Below, one piece after another: positions 31,185 to 42,150 of a DNA stretch of 64,000 nt. Positions within the stretch are counted from its first letter, which is position 1; every line of letters begins with the position of its first letter. Source of the stretch: Candidatus Micrarchaeota archaeon (GTDB lineage Archaea; Micrarchaeota; Micrarchaeia; Anstonellales; Bilamarchaeaceae). Location of the stretch: positions 53,557 through 117,556 of the forward strand of contig JBDRPL010000005.1 in the NCBI GenBank assembly GCA_043827025.1, written 5' to 3'. The translations under genes were made by a program, and so were the position numbers. The notes under the pieces are model-generated. The model was not told the origin of the DNA. It made no database searches and saw only the letters and a list, made by a program, of their open reading frames with translations.

Positions 31185-31631
31185 CTAATGACTAATGCCA
31201 TCAAGTTCAGTAAAACTAAAAACGCCTGTTTCTTCTTCGGACCCGATAGTACAGTTTTCTTTCTCCCTTATACATGTTAAACTAAAGGGGTGCTTGCCAT
31301 CTAATGCATCTACCTTGCAGTTATATTGCTTTTTATCTTTGGTTTCTTCTGCACTGCATGAACATCCAAAAACAGCGAAATCAGGATACCCTTTTTCCCT
31401 TGCAAGTTCTTTTGCCTTCAGAAGGCAATTCCGTTCCACTGAAGATTTCCCTATCTGTGACCACAGATCAACAGTCTGATTCATAGTCTTATTGATCTCT
31501 GTTTCATTAGCCAGAACATCCTGGTTTCTGGGAATAAGGAGATTGACAAATATTGTGACGAGTACAGAAATAGCAAGTACTAACGCTATGACCGCAAAGA
31601 ACATCGTCATTGATCTTTTTTTGGATAGCAT
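31185..31631 (-). CDS. Membrane-anchored Cys-rich hypothetical protein
   Basis: N-terminal TM helix; 6 Cys. Confidence 0.7.
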   Translation of the reverse strand: MLSKKRSMTMFFAVIALVLAISVLVTIFVNLLIPRNQDVLANETEINKTMNQTVDLWSQIGKSSVERNCLLKAKELAREKGYPDFAVFGCSCSAEETKDKKQYNCKVDALDGKHPFSLTCIREKENCTIGSEEETGVFSFTELDGISH

Positions 31632-31635
31632 AAAA

Positions 31636-31935
31636 TCATTTCTCTTTCTTCAGCCTTTCTATCTCTTTTCTTGCAGTGCCGCAAACCTTGCTCATTGGAT
31701 CTGCCTTTAGGCAATTCTGGCAAATGAATATAGGTTCAATGTCTTTAACCATTTTCTCTGCACTGCCTATTGCCATATTCCCTAGACACTGGGCATTCCC
31801 CTTTAGAACTTCCTCGTGCATATTCCCAACATTCGAATCAGATTCAAAAAAGAGCATCATCTCCTTTCCACAGCAATTGCATTTTACCAAGTAAACATCT
31901 CGGCCATATGCTTTTTCTTTTTGCATGGAATTCAC
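31636..31935 (-). CDS. Zn-ribbon-like hypothetical protein
   Basis: CNCC...CQNC; 4-nt overlap with the upstream gene. Confidence 0.65.
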   Translation of the reverse strand: MNSMQKEKAYGRDVYLVKCNCCGKEMMLFFESDSNVGNMHEEVLKGNAQCLGNMAIGSAEKMVKDIEPIFICQNCLKADPMSKVCGTARKEIERLKKEK

Positions 31936-32690
31936 TGAAAAACCCTATATGGAACAATAAGGCCGGGCATCCTTTTGAAAACAGGGTCTATGGCCACTGC
32001 CTCGTCTCCTTTACATTCGATTGCAAACAAGACCAAATGAGAAGGATTTCCCTTTATATCTGTTGAGCCGCCTGTAATTGAAATAGCATATATCTTGTTT
32101 CCTTGAAAAGCCAAATCAAACGCCTTTCCCTCTCTTAAGGTATCGTTTGCCCATGCAGGGGGTTTGGATTTTTCATCCTGAGTGATTACTTTGACCAGTT
32201 GTTGCCAAGAACGCTGAAGAGTTTGCATCAAAGCCTCGTTTTTATCCTTTGCTTTCAAAGCTTTGCTTATTTCCGATAGAAGCGTGAGTTTCATATATTG
32301 TTGGGGCGTATGCATATGCAGCTCCCCTTCTTTATCAAGATAAAGTTGGGCAACAGCTTCCTTTCCATTAATAACAAGAACTGTGTTCGTCCAACTATCG
32401 AATTTAACTTTTAAGGATCCTGATTCAATGAGCCCTGCCAAATCACCTTTACTACCCTCTTTCTGCGAAGCCAGCTTATTTACGATGAATCTGCAGGCAT
32501 CGTCCCTGGAAAGAATCTCTTTGGCTAAATAATTCAATGAACCAAAGTATCTAACCTCCTCAGAACGTGCTCCGCCATATCTTGCCTCTGGATTATCAAA
32601 ATAAACCCTTCCGTGTTGTATGATTCGTGAAACTGCATCTTTGAGATCCTCTTCCACACCTTGTTTTTGAATAAGTGCCATGGAATACAT
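31932..32690 (-). CDS. Hypothetical protein
   Basis: Long ORF; start moved to ATG 32690 (or 32681) to avoid overlap with the divergent gene. Confidence 0.7.
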   Translation of the reverse strand: MYSMALIQKQGVEEDLKDAVSRIIQHGRVYFDNPEARYGGARSEEVRYFGSLNYLAKEILSRDDACRFIVNKLASQKEGSKGDLAGLIESGSLKVKFDSWTNTVLVINGKEAVAQLYLDKEGELHMHTPQQYMKLTLLSEISKALKAKDKNEALMQTLQRSWQQLVKVITQDEKSKPPAWANDTLREGKAFDLAFQGNKIYAISITGGSTDIKGNPSHLVLFAIECKGDEAVAIDPVFKRMPGLIVPYRVFQ

Positions 32691-32732
32691 TGGGAATGAA
32701 ACTTTAAGAATCTTATACTTTAACAGATAGTA

Positions 32733-33608
32733 ATGGAACCTCAAGAATTTAAGGACTGGCTCTCGACTTACACGAATGCCGACCAGTGCTTGGAAGCATT
32801 CAGAAACCAAAAGGAGTTCTTTAGGGTAAACACCATCAAAATGGACGTAGATCGTTTTCAGTTAACAACAAAGATAAAGTGCAAGAAAAGCCCTTATTGC
32901 GCTGCAGGCTTTGAACTCGAAGAAACCAATTATGCAATTGGAAGGACATGGGAATATTTCCTGGGTTATATCTACCCCCAGAGCTTGAGCTCGATGCTTG
33001 TTTCGCCTGTTCTCGATCCAAAACCTGGTGAATGCATATTGGATGTTGCAGCATCCCCTGGATCCAAGTTCTCGCATATGGCAATGCTTATGCAGAATAA
33101 AGGCGTTTTGGTAGCGAATGACATCAAGAAAGATAAGATTTCTGCGATTTACTCAACAATTAATCGATTGAACATATTGAATTCAATTGTCACAGTCAGA
33201 GATGGAACACAATTGGATTGGAAGGAAAGATTTGATAAGATTTTATTGGACGCACCGTGTACTGCGCTTGGAAGCGGAGAAAGCGCTCCAGAAAGATGGC
33301 AATTGGAGAATTCGCAGAAAATATCAGTACTCCAAAAAAAGATGCTCTTCAGCGCCTATGATGCGCTTAAGAAAGGCGGCGAGCTTGTTTATTCTACATG
33401 CACATACGCAAAAGAGGAGAATGAGGCAGTTGTTGCTAATCTTCTGGATAATGTTTCAACAGCAAAATTGGAATCAATTGAACTAGATATTCCACATGAA
33501 TCAGGTTTGAGTGAATATGGAAACGAATTCAAAAAAGTTTACAGGATATACCCTCAGCACATAAACAGCGAGGGATTTTTCATAGCAAAGATAAAGAAGA
33601 GCGAGTGA
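32733..33608 (+). CDS. RsmB/NOP2 family m5C RNA methyltransferase
   Basis: LDVAASPGSK, ILLDAPC, LVYSTCT..EENE, GFFIA. Confidence 0.95.
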   Translation: MEPQEFKDWLSTYTNADQCLEAFRNQKEFFRVNTIKMDVDRFQLTTKIKCKKSPYCAAGFELEETNYAIGRTWEYFLGYIYPQSLSSMLVSPVLDPKPGECILDVAASPGSKFSHMAMLMQNKGVLVANDIKKDKISAIYSTINRLNILNSIVTVRDGTQLDWKERFDKILLDAPCTALGSGESAPERWQLENSQKISVLQKKMLFSAYDALKKGGELVYSTCTYAKEENEAVVANLLDNVSTAKLESIELDIPHESGLSEYGNEFKKVYRIYPQHINSEGFFIAKIKKSE

Positions 33609-33618
33609 TGGTGGCAAT

Positions 33619-34047
33619 ATGGGCATAGGGCATAAGGAAAGGAATTTCGAAAAATACCTTGAGAAGCACTTCGAGATAAAGTTGCCTGAAGGGGTGGAGA
33701 TCTTTTATGCAAAAGGCATTAGAATAGGCAATACAGATTTGATGAAGAGTCATCTTCATGGAGATTTAGGCTATGCTGCATGCGATTTTGGCTTCAATCC
33801 TACAAATTCAATGATTCAAAACTTCGGCCATTTGGCAAGGAAAAATGTTATCAAAGTAGAGGAGAAAGATGCTAAAGAATTTGCTTCTGGAAAGGACATG
33901 ATTAAAGAGCTTGGAACAAAAAGCAAGTTCGTCATTGTCAGATACGGATCACATATTATTGGTTTAGGGCATTATGATCCTAAGAGGAAAAGAATATTGA
34001 ATAAGATGCCTGAGAAAAGAAGGAGAGATATTGTAAATTCAATTTGA
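33619..34047 (+). CDS. NIP7/PUA-like partner of the RNA methyltransferase
   Basis: PT...IQ.FG.LA.KNVI, F..GKD, IGLG; follows the NOP2 gene. Confidence 0.65.
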   Translation: MGIGHKERNFEKYLEKHFEIKLPEGVEIFYAKGIRIGNTDLMKSHLHGDLGYAACDFGFNPTNSMIQNFGHLARKNVIKVEEKDAKEFASGKDMIKELGTKSKFVIVRYGSHIIGLGHYDPKRKRILNKMPEKRRRDIVNSI

Positions 34048-34056
34048 AAACTAAAA

Positions 34057-35019
34057 TTATGCGCCCATCTCTTTCTTCACCTTAAGCAATGCTCCAAGCC
34101 TCTTGTAAGTTAAAGGATGGGTGCTTATTATTTCAAATCCTCCATGTTTTTTCTCATTCTCTATTGCCTGCGCTATCTTTTCAGGATGGCCTGTCTTTAT
34201 CAACTGAACGATTTCTCCTGAAAAATTAGCCTCGTTTTTAGAGGGATTAGCAAAATAGAATGCCTTTATCATGCCTCCTGAATCAGAAGGTTTTGTTGCA
34301 GAGGTGTAGCTTATCTTCGCAAGGGCATTTATCAGATAATCTGGTTTTCCAGTTGCCTTAGCAGCAAATTCATCTGCACAATATTCCCTGCTTCTTGAAA
34401 GCCAAAGCACGAGCAATTGGCCTATAAATTGAGATGCTAATGCTCCAAGCCATACTACCAAAAATCCTCCGCTTCTGTTATCCCTTCCTCCAAAAATAAG
34501 AACCCCATAATATATCATTACAGGAATGACGCTTGCAAGAGTCATTATTATAACATCGCGATGCTTTATGTGTGCAATTTCATGGGCTAGAACACCTTCG
34601 ATTTCCTCTTTGTTCAAGACATTCATCAACCCACTATAGATTGCAATACCAGCGCTCTTTTGAGTCCTCCCAAAAGCAAATGCATTTGCATTCGGACTAT
34701 CAACAATGTAAAGCTTTGGCATTGGTATTTTGGCAACCACAATCAACCGCTCAACTATTTCATAAATCCCAGGAGCTTGTTCTCTTGGAAGATCCTTTGC
34801 CTTGGTAGACCATTTGATTATTATTGGCCCAAGGTACCATTGAATAAAAACCATGAATAGCGAAAGGCCTATCCACACAGTGATACTTCCTGAACCAAAT
34901 CCAGTGAAATAGATTATTGCACCAATTATTACAGTTATAAATGTGAATAAGAGGACTGTAGTAAGAAAAATCCTCATATCCAGATTGAATAAACCTGAAG
35001 TTTTAATCTGTTCGACCAT
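34057..35019 (-). CDS. htpX: Zn metalloprotease HtpX
   Basis: NAFAFG, LAHEIAH, SRSREYCAD, STHP. Confidence 0.95.
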   Translation of the reverse strand: MVEQIKTSGLFNLDMRIFLTTVLLFTFITVIIGAIIYFTGFGSGSITVWIGLSLFMVFIQWYLGPIIIKWSTKAKDLPREQAPGIYEIVERLIVVAKIPMPKLYIVDSPNANAFAFGRTQKSAGIAIYSGLMNVLNKEEIEGVLAHEIAHIKHRDVIIMTLASVIPVMIYYGVLIFGGRDNRSGGFLVVWLGALASQFIGQLLVLWLSRSREYCADEFAAKATGKPDYLINALAKISYTSATKPSDSGGMIKAFYFANPSKNEANFSGEIVQLIKTGHPEKIAQAIENEKKHGGFEIISTHPLTYKRLGALLKVKKEMGA

Positions 35020-35029
35020 AGAGATACCT

Positions 35030-36325
35030 TCATTTCGGCTTGAGATAGCCCCATTTCTCCAAGGCTTCTCTTAGTTCTACACACTTATTGGCCTTTTCTT
35101 TTAAGCTTTTGCTTTCCATTGTTGCTTCAATAGCCTGCATAGTTGCCTTTGCACCTGCACGTGTCCCTTTTGGATGGCCATGGATTCCCCCACTTACAAG
35201 CAACACAAACTCATTTCCATAAATTTTCATGACATCTGGTACCAACCCTGGATGCAACCCGCCAGATGAAACTGGAAAGGCTGATTTTATGTGGCCCCAA
35301 TCCTGTTCTAATAGCATATTCTGGACAGGCTTTGTCTTTGCATCACGCAAAAGATCTGCAAGTGCTTCAACCTCGCCTTTTGCAGCAGTTAATTTGCCAA
35401 CTTCTGTTCCTGAATGAATTTGGCTTACTCCGATCAATCGCATCATCTTTGCCAAGAACTGCATTGTCAATCCATGTTTTGGATTCCTGTCAAATGCAGC
35501 ATGCATTGCACGATGTGCATGAATAGCCAAACCAAGATCTGAACAATAATCCCGCATTGTTTGGACGCCAGCATATCCTGCAATTACAACATCAATCATG
35601 CAATAATTCCAGCCATTGTCTGCAAGCAGTTTTGCCCGCTTTTTCATTACTTCTGTCTCACTAGTTATGTTTATGAACGCGGATTTCACTTCTCCTGTTT
35701 CTTTTTCAGCCTTTTCCCTCATTTTTGTCATGAGATTAACGCGATCCTCGAACCTATTGAATTTCTGCGAAGTTAAATTCTCATCATCCTTTACGAAATC
35801 GAATCCTCCCATCCAGGTTTCATAACCAATTTCTGCGTGTTCTTTTGCACTGAAACCAATCTTTGGCTTTGGCACTGCGCCTGTCAAAGGCCGCTTATAG
35901 ACTTTCATCATTTTCCTAAGGCCATCTATCCCAAATTTAGGTCCTTTAAAATATTTTATATATTCTTTTGGCAAAGTCGCATCTATTAATCTAAGATTCT
36001 TCACAGCCTTCATTCCGAAGATATTGCCTGCGATTCCGCTGAGAAGCTGGCAGGCGTTTCCTTCTTCCCAAAGGTCTAACGGATAGGATACCTTGAGGTA
36101 ATTCCCATTGATCTCGAATGCAGTTGCCTCTAAAGATTTCATTCTTGGGGGCAATCTCTGGAGAGTTGTCCATGTTCCTGTTGAACTCTCAGATGCGATT
36201 CTTCCTGCAACTTCCTTGAGGCCCATTCCCTTATCTGGCTCAAAATAAAACAAACAGATTATCTCGTCTTTAGACGGCTTGTATTTCAAATCCACAAATT
36301 CATCATACCAGTCGATCTTCGCCAT
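35030..36325 (-). CDS. rbcL: RuBisCO large subunit, form III
   Basis: ASESSTGTWT, KPKIG, FVKDDENL, HAHRAMH, VGKL, SGGLH, GGIHGHP. Confidence 0.96.
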   Translation of the reverse strand: MAKIDWYDEFVDLKYKPSKDEIICLFYFEPDKGMGLKEVAGRIASESSTGTWTTLQRLPPRMKSLEATAFEINGNYLKVSYPLDLWEEGNACQLLSGIAGNIFGMKAVKNLRLIDATLPKEYIKYFKGPKFGIDGLRKMMKVYKRPLTGAVPKPKIGFSAKEHAEIGYETWMGGFDFVKDDENLTSQKFNRFEDRVNLMTKMREKAEKETGEVKSAFINITSETEVMKKRAKLLADNGWNYCMIDVVIAGYAGVQTMRDYCSDLGLAIHAHRAMHAAFDRNPKHGLTMQFLAKMMRLIGVSQIHSGTEVGKLTAAKGEVEALADLLRDAKTKPVQNMLLEQDWGHIKSAFPVSSGGLHPGLVPDVMKIYGNEFVLLVSGGIHGHPKGTRAGAKATMQAIEATMESKSLKEKANKCVELREALEKWGYLKPK

Positions 36326-36373
36326 AAGAAGTAAAAACAGACAAGGAATATAAAGATTTGCAATAGGGGCGAA

Positions 36374-37141
36374 TTAAATCTTGATTTTATTTAAATCGCA
36401 GTATTTTTTGACAATTTCCAGTTCATTTTCATTCAATCTTTTGTTTCCCGCATAAAAGAAGGATTCATGGAAACCTGAAAAATCGTATAAAAAGATATCA
36501 TAGCCTTCTTTTGATTTTTGACAAATAATCCTAAAAACAACATCCCCCTGATGATTCTGTTCAATGGATAAAAGATCGTTCTTCTTAGATGCTCGATAGG
36601 TGTACTTATCTGCGTATTTATTGTTGGGATCCTTGAATTCTTGAATAATTGGATCACCGTCAGCAGTTTCCTTATAATTCAGGGTTTCCGTGTCAAAGTT
36701 TTCTTTGATATAATCTCCAAGCTCATTTATAGGAATGGACTGGTTGACCTTGATTTCAATGATTCCTTCCTTTTCATTCTTTTCAATAACCTTCTTGGGA
36801 ATACATTCAACTATGCGCGTCTTGGAATCAAGATACTCCTCTTCAGAAGATTCAGGATAAAAAAGCGCCCAGAACCTTTCAGGCAATCTTATGCGAAAAG
36901 GATTTTTTACTTTTATTCTGCAGGTAGCCCCTTGCATAGGAGAGTTTTCACTAAACTGTCCCTTCTTGTCCAACCAGATCATATTTGTAAATCCAGTCAT
37001 TACTGCCCAGTAAGGTCGTTTGTATTCATCTAGGAACTTGCCCCTATTGCCTTCACAGCACCAGTTCAGGGTTTCAAAAGAGATCTCAGAGTCAACTATT
37101 TGTTTGTCAGCCATTTTTGATCCAACTTCCTTTTTGTACAT
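36374..37141 (-). CDS. Hypothetical protein
   Basis: 255-aa ORF; start may be the internal MADKQ. Confidence 0.7.
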   Translation of the reverse strand: MYKKEVGSKMADKQIVDSEISFETLNWCCEGNRGKFLDEYKRPYWAVMTGFTNMIWLDKKGQFSENSPMQGATCRIKVKNPFRIRLPERFWALFYPESSEEEYLDSKTRIVECIPKKVIEKNEKEGIIEIKVNQSIPINELGDYIKENFDTETLNYKETADGDPIIQEFKDPNNKYADKYTYRASKKNDLLSIEQNHQGDVVFRIICQKSKEGYDIFLYDFSGFHESFFYAGNKRLNENELEIVKKYCDLNKIKI

Positions 37142-37146
37142 TCAGT

Positions 37147-37827
37147 TCAATCGATAACTTTCTTTTCCCTTAATATATTCAACTTTTGGCCATCATTGTT
37201 CCCTATGAGAATGGATTGTATCCTTATGAAAACATCCTTTGCATTCATCCTAGAATTATTCTCGGGATTTTTAAGTGCAATATCAAGAAGCTGATCCACC
37301 CATTTACCAAAATCCTTGCTTTTTGAAACCAGCTTGGATAATGAATAAGAAATCGAATTCCTTGTCGAGTTGTACTGTATTCCTGGCGTACACAGGTATT
37401 TTATTATCGAATCTATCGCTTTTTCATCGCCAAGGTTACCAAGAGCCTGGCACGCTGCTGATTTTATATCTTCGTTCTCTCCACTATCCTCAACAAGCTT
37501 GATGAGTTGTGGCACAAGATGAGGCATGCTTATCAGAGGACTTAGCCTAAGAGAGATTACATACAGGGCGACCTTCCTATCTTCAAAGACCGTATTCGAT
37601 TTATCTATTCTCTTGGCCAATTTATTTATCTGCTTAGAAAGATCATTGTTCTTTGAGATCATCTGCAATGCATTGGCAGAACGTTCGGTGATCTGCCAGT
37701 CCGAACCCTCAAGAAGCCCGAACAGGATTTCGATGGTGTTTTGGTCTCCTTTTGTCAACTCTTTGACCTCTGCTTCCGTACCATTCAAGAGTATTTCCTT
37801 TATCTTTTCCCCAGTGAATTTTACCAT
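37147..37827 (-). CDS. HEAT-repeat protein
   Basis: IKSAACQALGNLGDEKAI and similar helical repeats. Confidence 0.8.
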   Translation of the reverse strand: MVKFTGEKIKEILLNGTEAEVKELTKGDQNTIEILFGLLEGSDWQITERSANALQMISKNNDLSKQINKLAKRIDKSNTVFEDRKVALYVISLRLSPLISMPHLVPQLIKLVEDSGENEDIKSAACQALGNLGDEKAIDSIIKYLCTPGIQYNSTRNSISYSLSKLVSKSKDFGKWVDQLLDIALKNPENNSRMNAKDVFIRIQSILIGNNDGQKLNILREKKVID

Positions 37828-37897
37828 AAGAATCTCCAGTGCTTATTCAAAGCCAATATTTATAAGAATTGCACGAGTTCTCTGAGCGGTGAAATAA

Positions 37898-38101
37898 ATG
37901 ACAGTTGTAAAGGTAATTGAATTATTGGGGATTTCAGAAAAGAGCTTTGAAGATGCAATTGAAACAGCAATAAAAAAGGCAAACAAGTCACTAAAGCACA
38001 TCCATGGTGCAGACATCATAGGGCAAAAGGTAAAGGTGAATGACAAGGGAAAGATTGTTGAATATCGAGTAGATATGAAAGTGGCATTCAAGCTTGATTA
38101 G
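37898..38101 (+). CDS. Dodecin (flavin-binding)
   Basis: KVIELLG.S.KSFEDAI..A, YRVDMKVAF. Confidence 0.93.
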   Translation: MTVVKVIELLGISEKSFEDAIETAIKKANKSLKHIHGADIIGQKVKVNDKGKIVEYRVDMKVAFKLD

Positions 38102-38609
38102 CCTTTCTTTTAAGCAAAATCTCTGTCAATTCCCTCATCATTTGTTCCTCAACATCCAAAAGCATGGCCATAAGCTTCTGATTAATTTTTGGAATGCTTA
38201 TATTCATCACAATATAACCATTTTTATATGCAAACGAAGGACGATGTTTGCCGTCGCTTTTCAAAAACTCAAAATTTACATTTAGATTCTCCCGAATTAC
38301 ATCTTGATCCATTTTGTCCATAGGTCCAAAATTATGTAAAAAATAGGCATCGAAATTTGATATCAGTTCATATCTTTGGCCCGTCAAAGTAAGAGGATTT
38401 GCCTTGACATTGATCAAAAATCCATTATGGAAAACAAGTATCAGCTTGCTCTTGTTCGGGTTGACATTAAATCTTTCGATCTTAGCCCCAATGTTCTTTA
38501 ATATCAAAACATCCTCGTCATTCTGCCCGCTTTTTACTACATGGAATGCAAAACTGGCAAGAAATATGAAAACCAGAAACAAGAACAAAGTTATGGCAAG
38601 CTCAATCAT
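38088..38609 (-). CDS. Hypothetical membrane-anchored protein
   Basis: N-terminal TM helix; follows carB. Confidence 0.65.
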   Translation of the reverse strand: MIELAITLFLFLVFIFLASFAFHVVKSGQNDEDVLILKNIGAKIERFNVNPNKSKLILVFHNGFLINVKANPLTLTGQRYELISNFDAYFLHNFGPMDKMDQDVIRENLNVNFEFLKSDGKHRPSFAYKNGYIVMNISIPKINQKLMAMLLDVEEQMMRELTEILLKRKANQA

Positions 38610-38613
38610 CTTT

Positions 38614-41600
38614 TCACTTATATTCTCTGAATTCCTCTATATTTAATTCTTTGTTTCTCAGCTGCTTCAGAGCATTTAGAAGCTGGATAGCTGTTTCCAG
38701 ATTAGTTATGCATGGAATGCCTTTTTCAATTGAAGCGCGCCTTATCTTGAATCCGTCGGTTGCGGATCGTCCACCGCGTCTTGGAGTGTTGATTATCAGA
38801 TCGATCTTGCATTCCGATATGATATCTATTATGTCTGGCTTCTGATCCCCTATTTTTGGAATGGAAGTTGCGAGTTTCAGGCTTTTTGCAGTTCCAGGTG
38901 TTGCATATATCATATACCCAAGATCTTGTAACAGGGATTTCAGCTTCTGTGCATTCACCTTGTCCAAATCATTCAAACTTACTATACAATCGCCCCTTTC
39001 CTTTATTCGGATTCCGGCTGCAAGCAATGCCTTGTAGTATGCGATTTCAAAAGAATGGCCAATACCCATGGTCTCTCCAGTTGATTTCATTTCCGGACCC
39101 AAGGTAATGTCTGCTCCGACGATTTTAAGAAAAGGGAAAACTATTGATTTGACTGCATAGCCTTTCTGCTTGTTTGCAGATTCCAAACTAAATTCAGACA
39201 AATGATGGCCAGCCATTACTTTAGTGGCGATTTTTGCCATTGGAATCCCAATTGCCTTGCTTAGGAATGGAACAGTACGAGATGCACGAGGATTGGCTTC
39301 AAGGCAATAAATGATTCCATCCTTCACAACATATTGAACATTGATCATTCCGACTATTCCAAGAGCTTCTGCCATATCCTGAGTGTATTTAGTAATTGTT
39401 TTCTTGTCACTATCGGTCAACCTAATTGACGGAACAACGATATTTGCATCTCCTGAATGAACTCCAGCAGGCTCAATGTGCTCCATTATCCCGCCAATGA
39501 ATAATTGAGAGCCATCAAAAATTGCATCCACTTCACATTCAATTGCATTGTCAAGATATTTATCTATCAGAATAGGCTTCTTTTCGCTTATGTCAACAGC
39601 TTCTCGCATGTATTTCTTCAATTCTTCGTCATCGTATACGATTGCCATAGCCCTTCCCGCAATCACATAACTTGGCCTTACTACAATGGGATAAGTTATC
39701 CGTTTAGCAAGTACAAGCGCCTGCTCTTCCTTGAATGCAATCCCATGGTCTGGCTGTGGAATCTTCAGCTTTTTCATTAGTTGGCTGAATTTATCCCTGT
39801 CTTCTGCAACATCAAGGCCCTTTGGGCTTGTCCCAATTACCTTGAAACCATGTTCTGTAAGTGAATCCACAAGATTAAGGCTGGTCTGGCCTCCGAATTG
39901 GACGATTACGCCATCAGGTTTTTCAAGCTCACAGATATTAAGAACATCTTCTGCAGTAAGAGGCTCGAAATACAATCTATCAGATGAATCAAAATCTGTT
40001 GAAATGGTTTCTGGATTGTTGTTTATGACAATGCTTTCGATATCCATCTCCTTTAATGCAAAGGCTGCATGCGAACAGCAATAATCGAACTCTATGCCCT
40101 GACCGATTCTGATTGGACCAGAACCAATGACAATTGCTTTTCGCTTTTTGCTGGGAATTACCTCATTCTCCTGCTCATAAGTTGAATAATAGTATGGAGT
40201 CACTGCTTCGAATTCGCCTGCACAGCTGTCAACTATTTTATATGTTGGGATGATGCCGTGTTTGTGCCTAAGCGTTCGAACACCTTCCTCGTCCTTGCTG
40301 ACAAGTTTGGCAATTTGCTTGTCTGAAAATCCCAAACGTTTCGCTTTTCTCAGCAGATCTCCGCTAGCACCATTTTGCTTCAATTCGGATTCCATTTTGG
40401 CGATGTTCTCCAATTTATAAAGAAACCACTTGGAGATATTTGTGATTTGATTTAATTTTTCAACACTCTCGCCTTTTCTAAGGAGTTCAAAGATGGCAAA
40501 CAGCCGGATATCCGTTGCAGGATTCAGATGTTTATAAGGATCTTCAATCTTTGGAGGTTTTATGTCAAGGCTTCTCAACGCCTTTAACAAGGATTCTTCA
40601 AATGTCCTTCCAATAGACATTGTTTCTCCCGTTGATTTCATTTGCGTTCCTATGGTTCGGTCAGACATCTCGAACTTGTCAAAAGGCCACCTTGGTATTT
40701 TTGTAACGATATAATCAAGAGATGGCTCAAAGGCTGCATTTGTTCCTGTGATTGCATTTTTGATTTCATATAAATCATAGCCAAGTGCGATCTTTGTCGC
40801 GACTCTTGCAATCGGATAGCCCGTTGCTTTTGACGCAAGCGCAGAAGACCTAGAAAGCCTGGGATTGATTTCAATTACTGCAAACTCCCCTGTCTTTTGA
40901 TTGAACGAGAATTGGACATTGCACGAACCTTTGATTCCGATTTCATCCACTATCCTTAATGCTGCATTTCTGAGCATCTGATGATCTTTATCATTTAATG
41001 TTTGGGAAGGTGCAACTACAATGCTTTCACCAGTGTGGATACCCATAGGATCGAAGTTTTCCATATTGCAGATGATGATCGAATTGCCTCTTGCATCTCT
41101 TACAACCTCATATTCGAATTCTCCCCAACCTAAAACAGATTTTTCTACCAACGCCTCATGGTTTGCACTTAATCTAAAAGCAAGCTCAAGTATCCGCTTC
41201 AGGTCTGATTTGTTGTATGCAATTCCGCCCCCTGTTCCACCTAAGGTGAATGATGGTCGGATTATGAGCGGATAGCCTATCCTGTCAGCAAATTCAAGGG
41301 CCTCATCATAGTTCTTGATTGTTCTTCCAGGAAGGATTGGAACTCCTATCTTATCCATGGCTTCGTTGAATGACTCCCTGCCTTCTGCGCGTTGAATTGA
41401 TTGTGCACCAGTCCCAAGGAATTCAACTCCGTATTTGGCAAGTATGCCTGCGCCATGAAGTTCCAATGACAAATTAAGAGCAGTCTGTCCACCTACTGTT
41501 GCAAGTATCCCTTCTGGTTTTTCCTTTGCAATTATCTTTTCAAGCACTTCAATAGTCAATGGCTCTATGTAAATGCGGTCAGCAGTTTCAGGATCTGTTT

Positions 41601-41754
41601 GGATGGTTGCAGGATTAGAGTTGACTAATACTACTATAATACCTTCTTCGCGCAATACCTTGCAGGCCTGTGTCCCAGAGTAATCAAATTCAGCACTTTG
41701 TCCGATGACAATCGGCCCTGAACCTATTACAAGGACTTTTTTGGGTTTTTTCAT
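38614..41754 (-). CDS. carB: Carbamoyl-phosphate synthase large subunit
   Basis: Duplicated GSGPI.IGQ..EFDY domains, NPR.SR, C-terminal MGS domain. Confidence 0.98.
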   Translation of the reverse strand: MKKPKKVLVIGSGPIVIGQSAEFDYSGTQACKVLREEGIIVVLVNSNPATIQTDPETADRIYIEPLTIEVLEKIIAKEKPEGILATVGGQTALNLSLELHGAGILAKYGVEFLGTGAQSIQRAEGRESFNEAMDKIGVPILPGRTIKNYDEALEFADRIGYPLIIRPSFTLGGTGGGIAYNKSDLKRILELAFRLSANHEALVEKSVLGWGEFEYEVVRDARGNSIIICNMENFDPMGIHTGESIVVAPSQTLNDKDHQMLRNAALRIVDEIGIKGSCNVQFSFNQKTGEFAVIEINPRLSRSSALASKATGYPIARVATKIALGYDLYEIKNAITGTNAAFEPSLDYIVTKIPRWPFDKFEMSDRTIGTQMKSTGETMSIGRTFEESLLKALRSLDIKPPKIEDPYKHLNPATDIRLFAIFELLRKGESVEKLNQITNISKWFLYKLENIAKMESELKQNGASGDLLRKAKRLGFSDKQIAKLVSKDEEGVRTLRHKHGIIPTYKIVDSCAGEFEAVTPYYYSTYEQENEVIPSKKRKAIVIGSGPIRIGQGIEFDYCCSHAAFALKEMDIESIVINNNPETISTDFDSSDRLYFEPLTAEDVLNICELEKPDGVIVQFGGQTSLNLVDSLTEHGFKVIGTSPKGLDVAEDRDKFSQLMKKLKIPQPDHGIAFKEEQALVLAKRITYPIVVRPSYVIAGRAMAIVYDDEELKKYMREAVDISEKKPILIDKYLDNAIECEVDAIFDGSQLFIGGIMEHIEPAGVHSGDANIVVPSIRLTDSDKKTITKYTQDMAEALGIVGMINVQYVVKDGIIYCLEANPRASRTVPFLSKAIGIPMAKIATKVMAGHHLSEFSLESANKQKGYAVKSIVFPFLKIVGADITLGPEMKSTGETMGIGHSFEIAYYKALLAAGIRIKERGDCIVSLNDLDKVNAQKLKSLLQDLGYMIYATPGTAKSLKLATSIPKIGDQKPDIIDIISECKIDLIINTPRRGGRSATDGFKIRRASIEKGIPCITNLETAIQLLNALKQLRNKELNIEEFREYK

Positions 41755-41764
41755 TTTTCATCAC

Positions 41765-42148
41765 TCAGATGATGATCTCATTCTCGCATTTCACACATTT
41801 TATCTTCTGGCCTTTTAGATCTGCAATTTTATCCCACACATCCCCAAAAAGAGCATATGTCACTTCTTTTTTTTCTTGCTTCTTCTCAAGACTGTAGCTT
41901 CCTGAGCAACCAATGTCAAAAACAATCGGCGTACCGCATTTCAAGCACATCCTGCCTGTCAAATCGTTTTCAACGCATTTGCAAACCTCTGCCTTCTTCT
42001 TGCAGAAGACGCAGGTCTTGACAAGCTTGCCGTTCTTGCATTTCGAACAGGCCTTTGCCGAATCAGCGAAGTACTCATTGCATTTATCGCAGATATACCA
42101 AATTCTCCTTGTTGCCTCGTTTTGCAAAGCTTCTGTATTAATGTCCAT
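41765..42148 (-). CDS. Multi-Zn-ribbon protein
   Basis: Five CxxC pairs plus CKC. Confidence 0.75.
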   Translation of the reverse strand: MDINTEALQNEATRRIWYICDKCNEYFADSAKACSKCKNGKLVKTCVFCKKKAEVCKCVENDLTGRMCLKCGTPIVFDIGCSGSYSLEKKQEKKEVTYALFGDVWDKIADLKGQKIKCVKCENEIII

Positions 42149-42150
42149 GT

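Noticed and set aside
35030..36325. RuBisCO as evidence of Calvin-cycle autotrophy
   Set aside because: Form III enzymes typically act in nucleoside/AMP salvage; no phosphoribulokinase in the window
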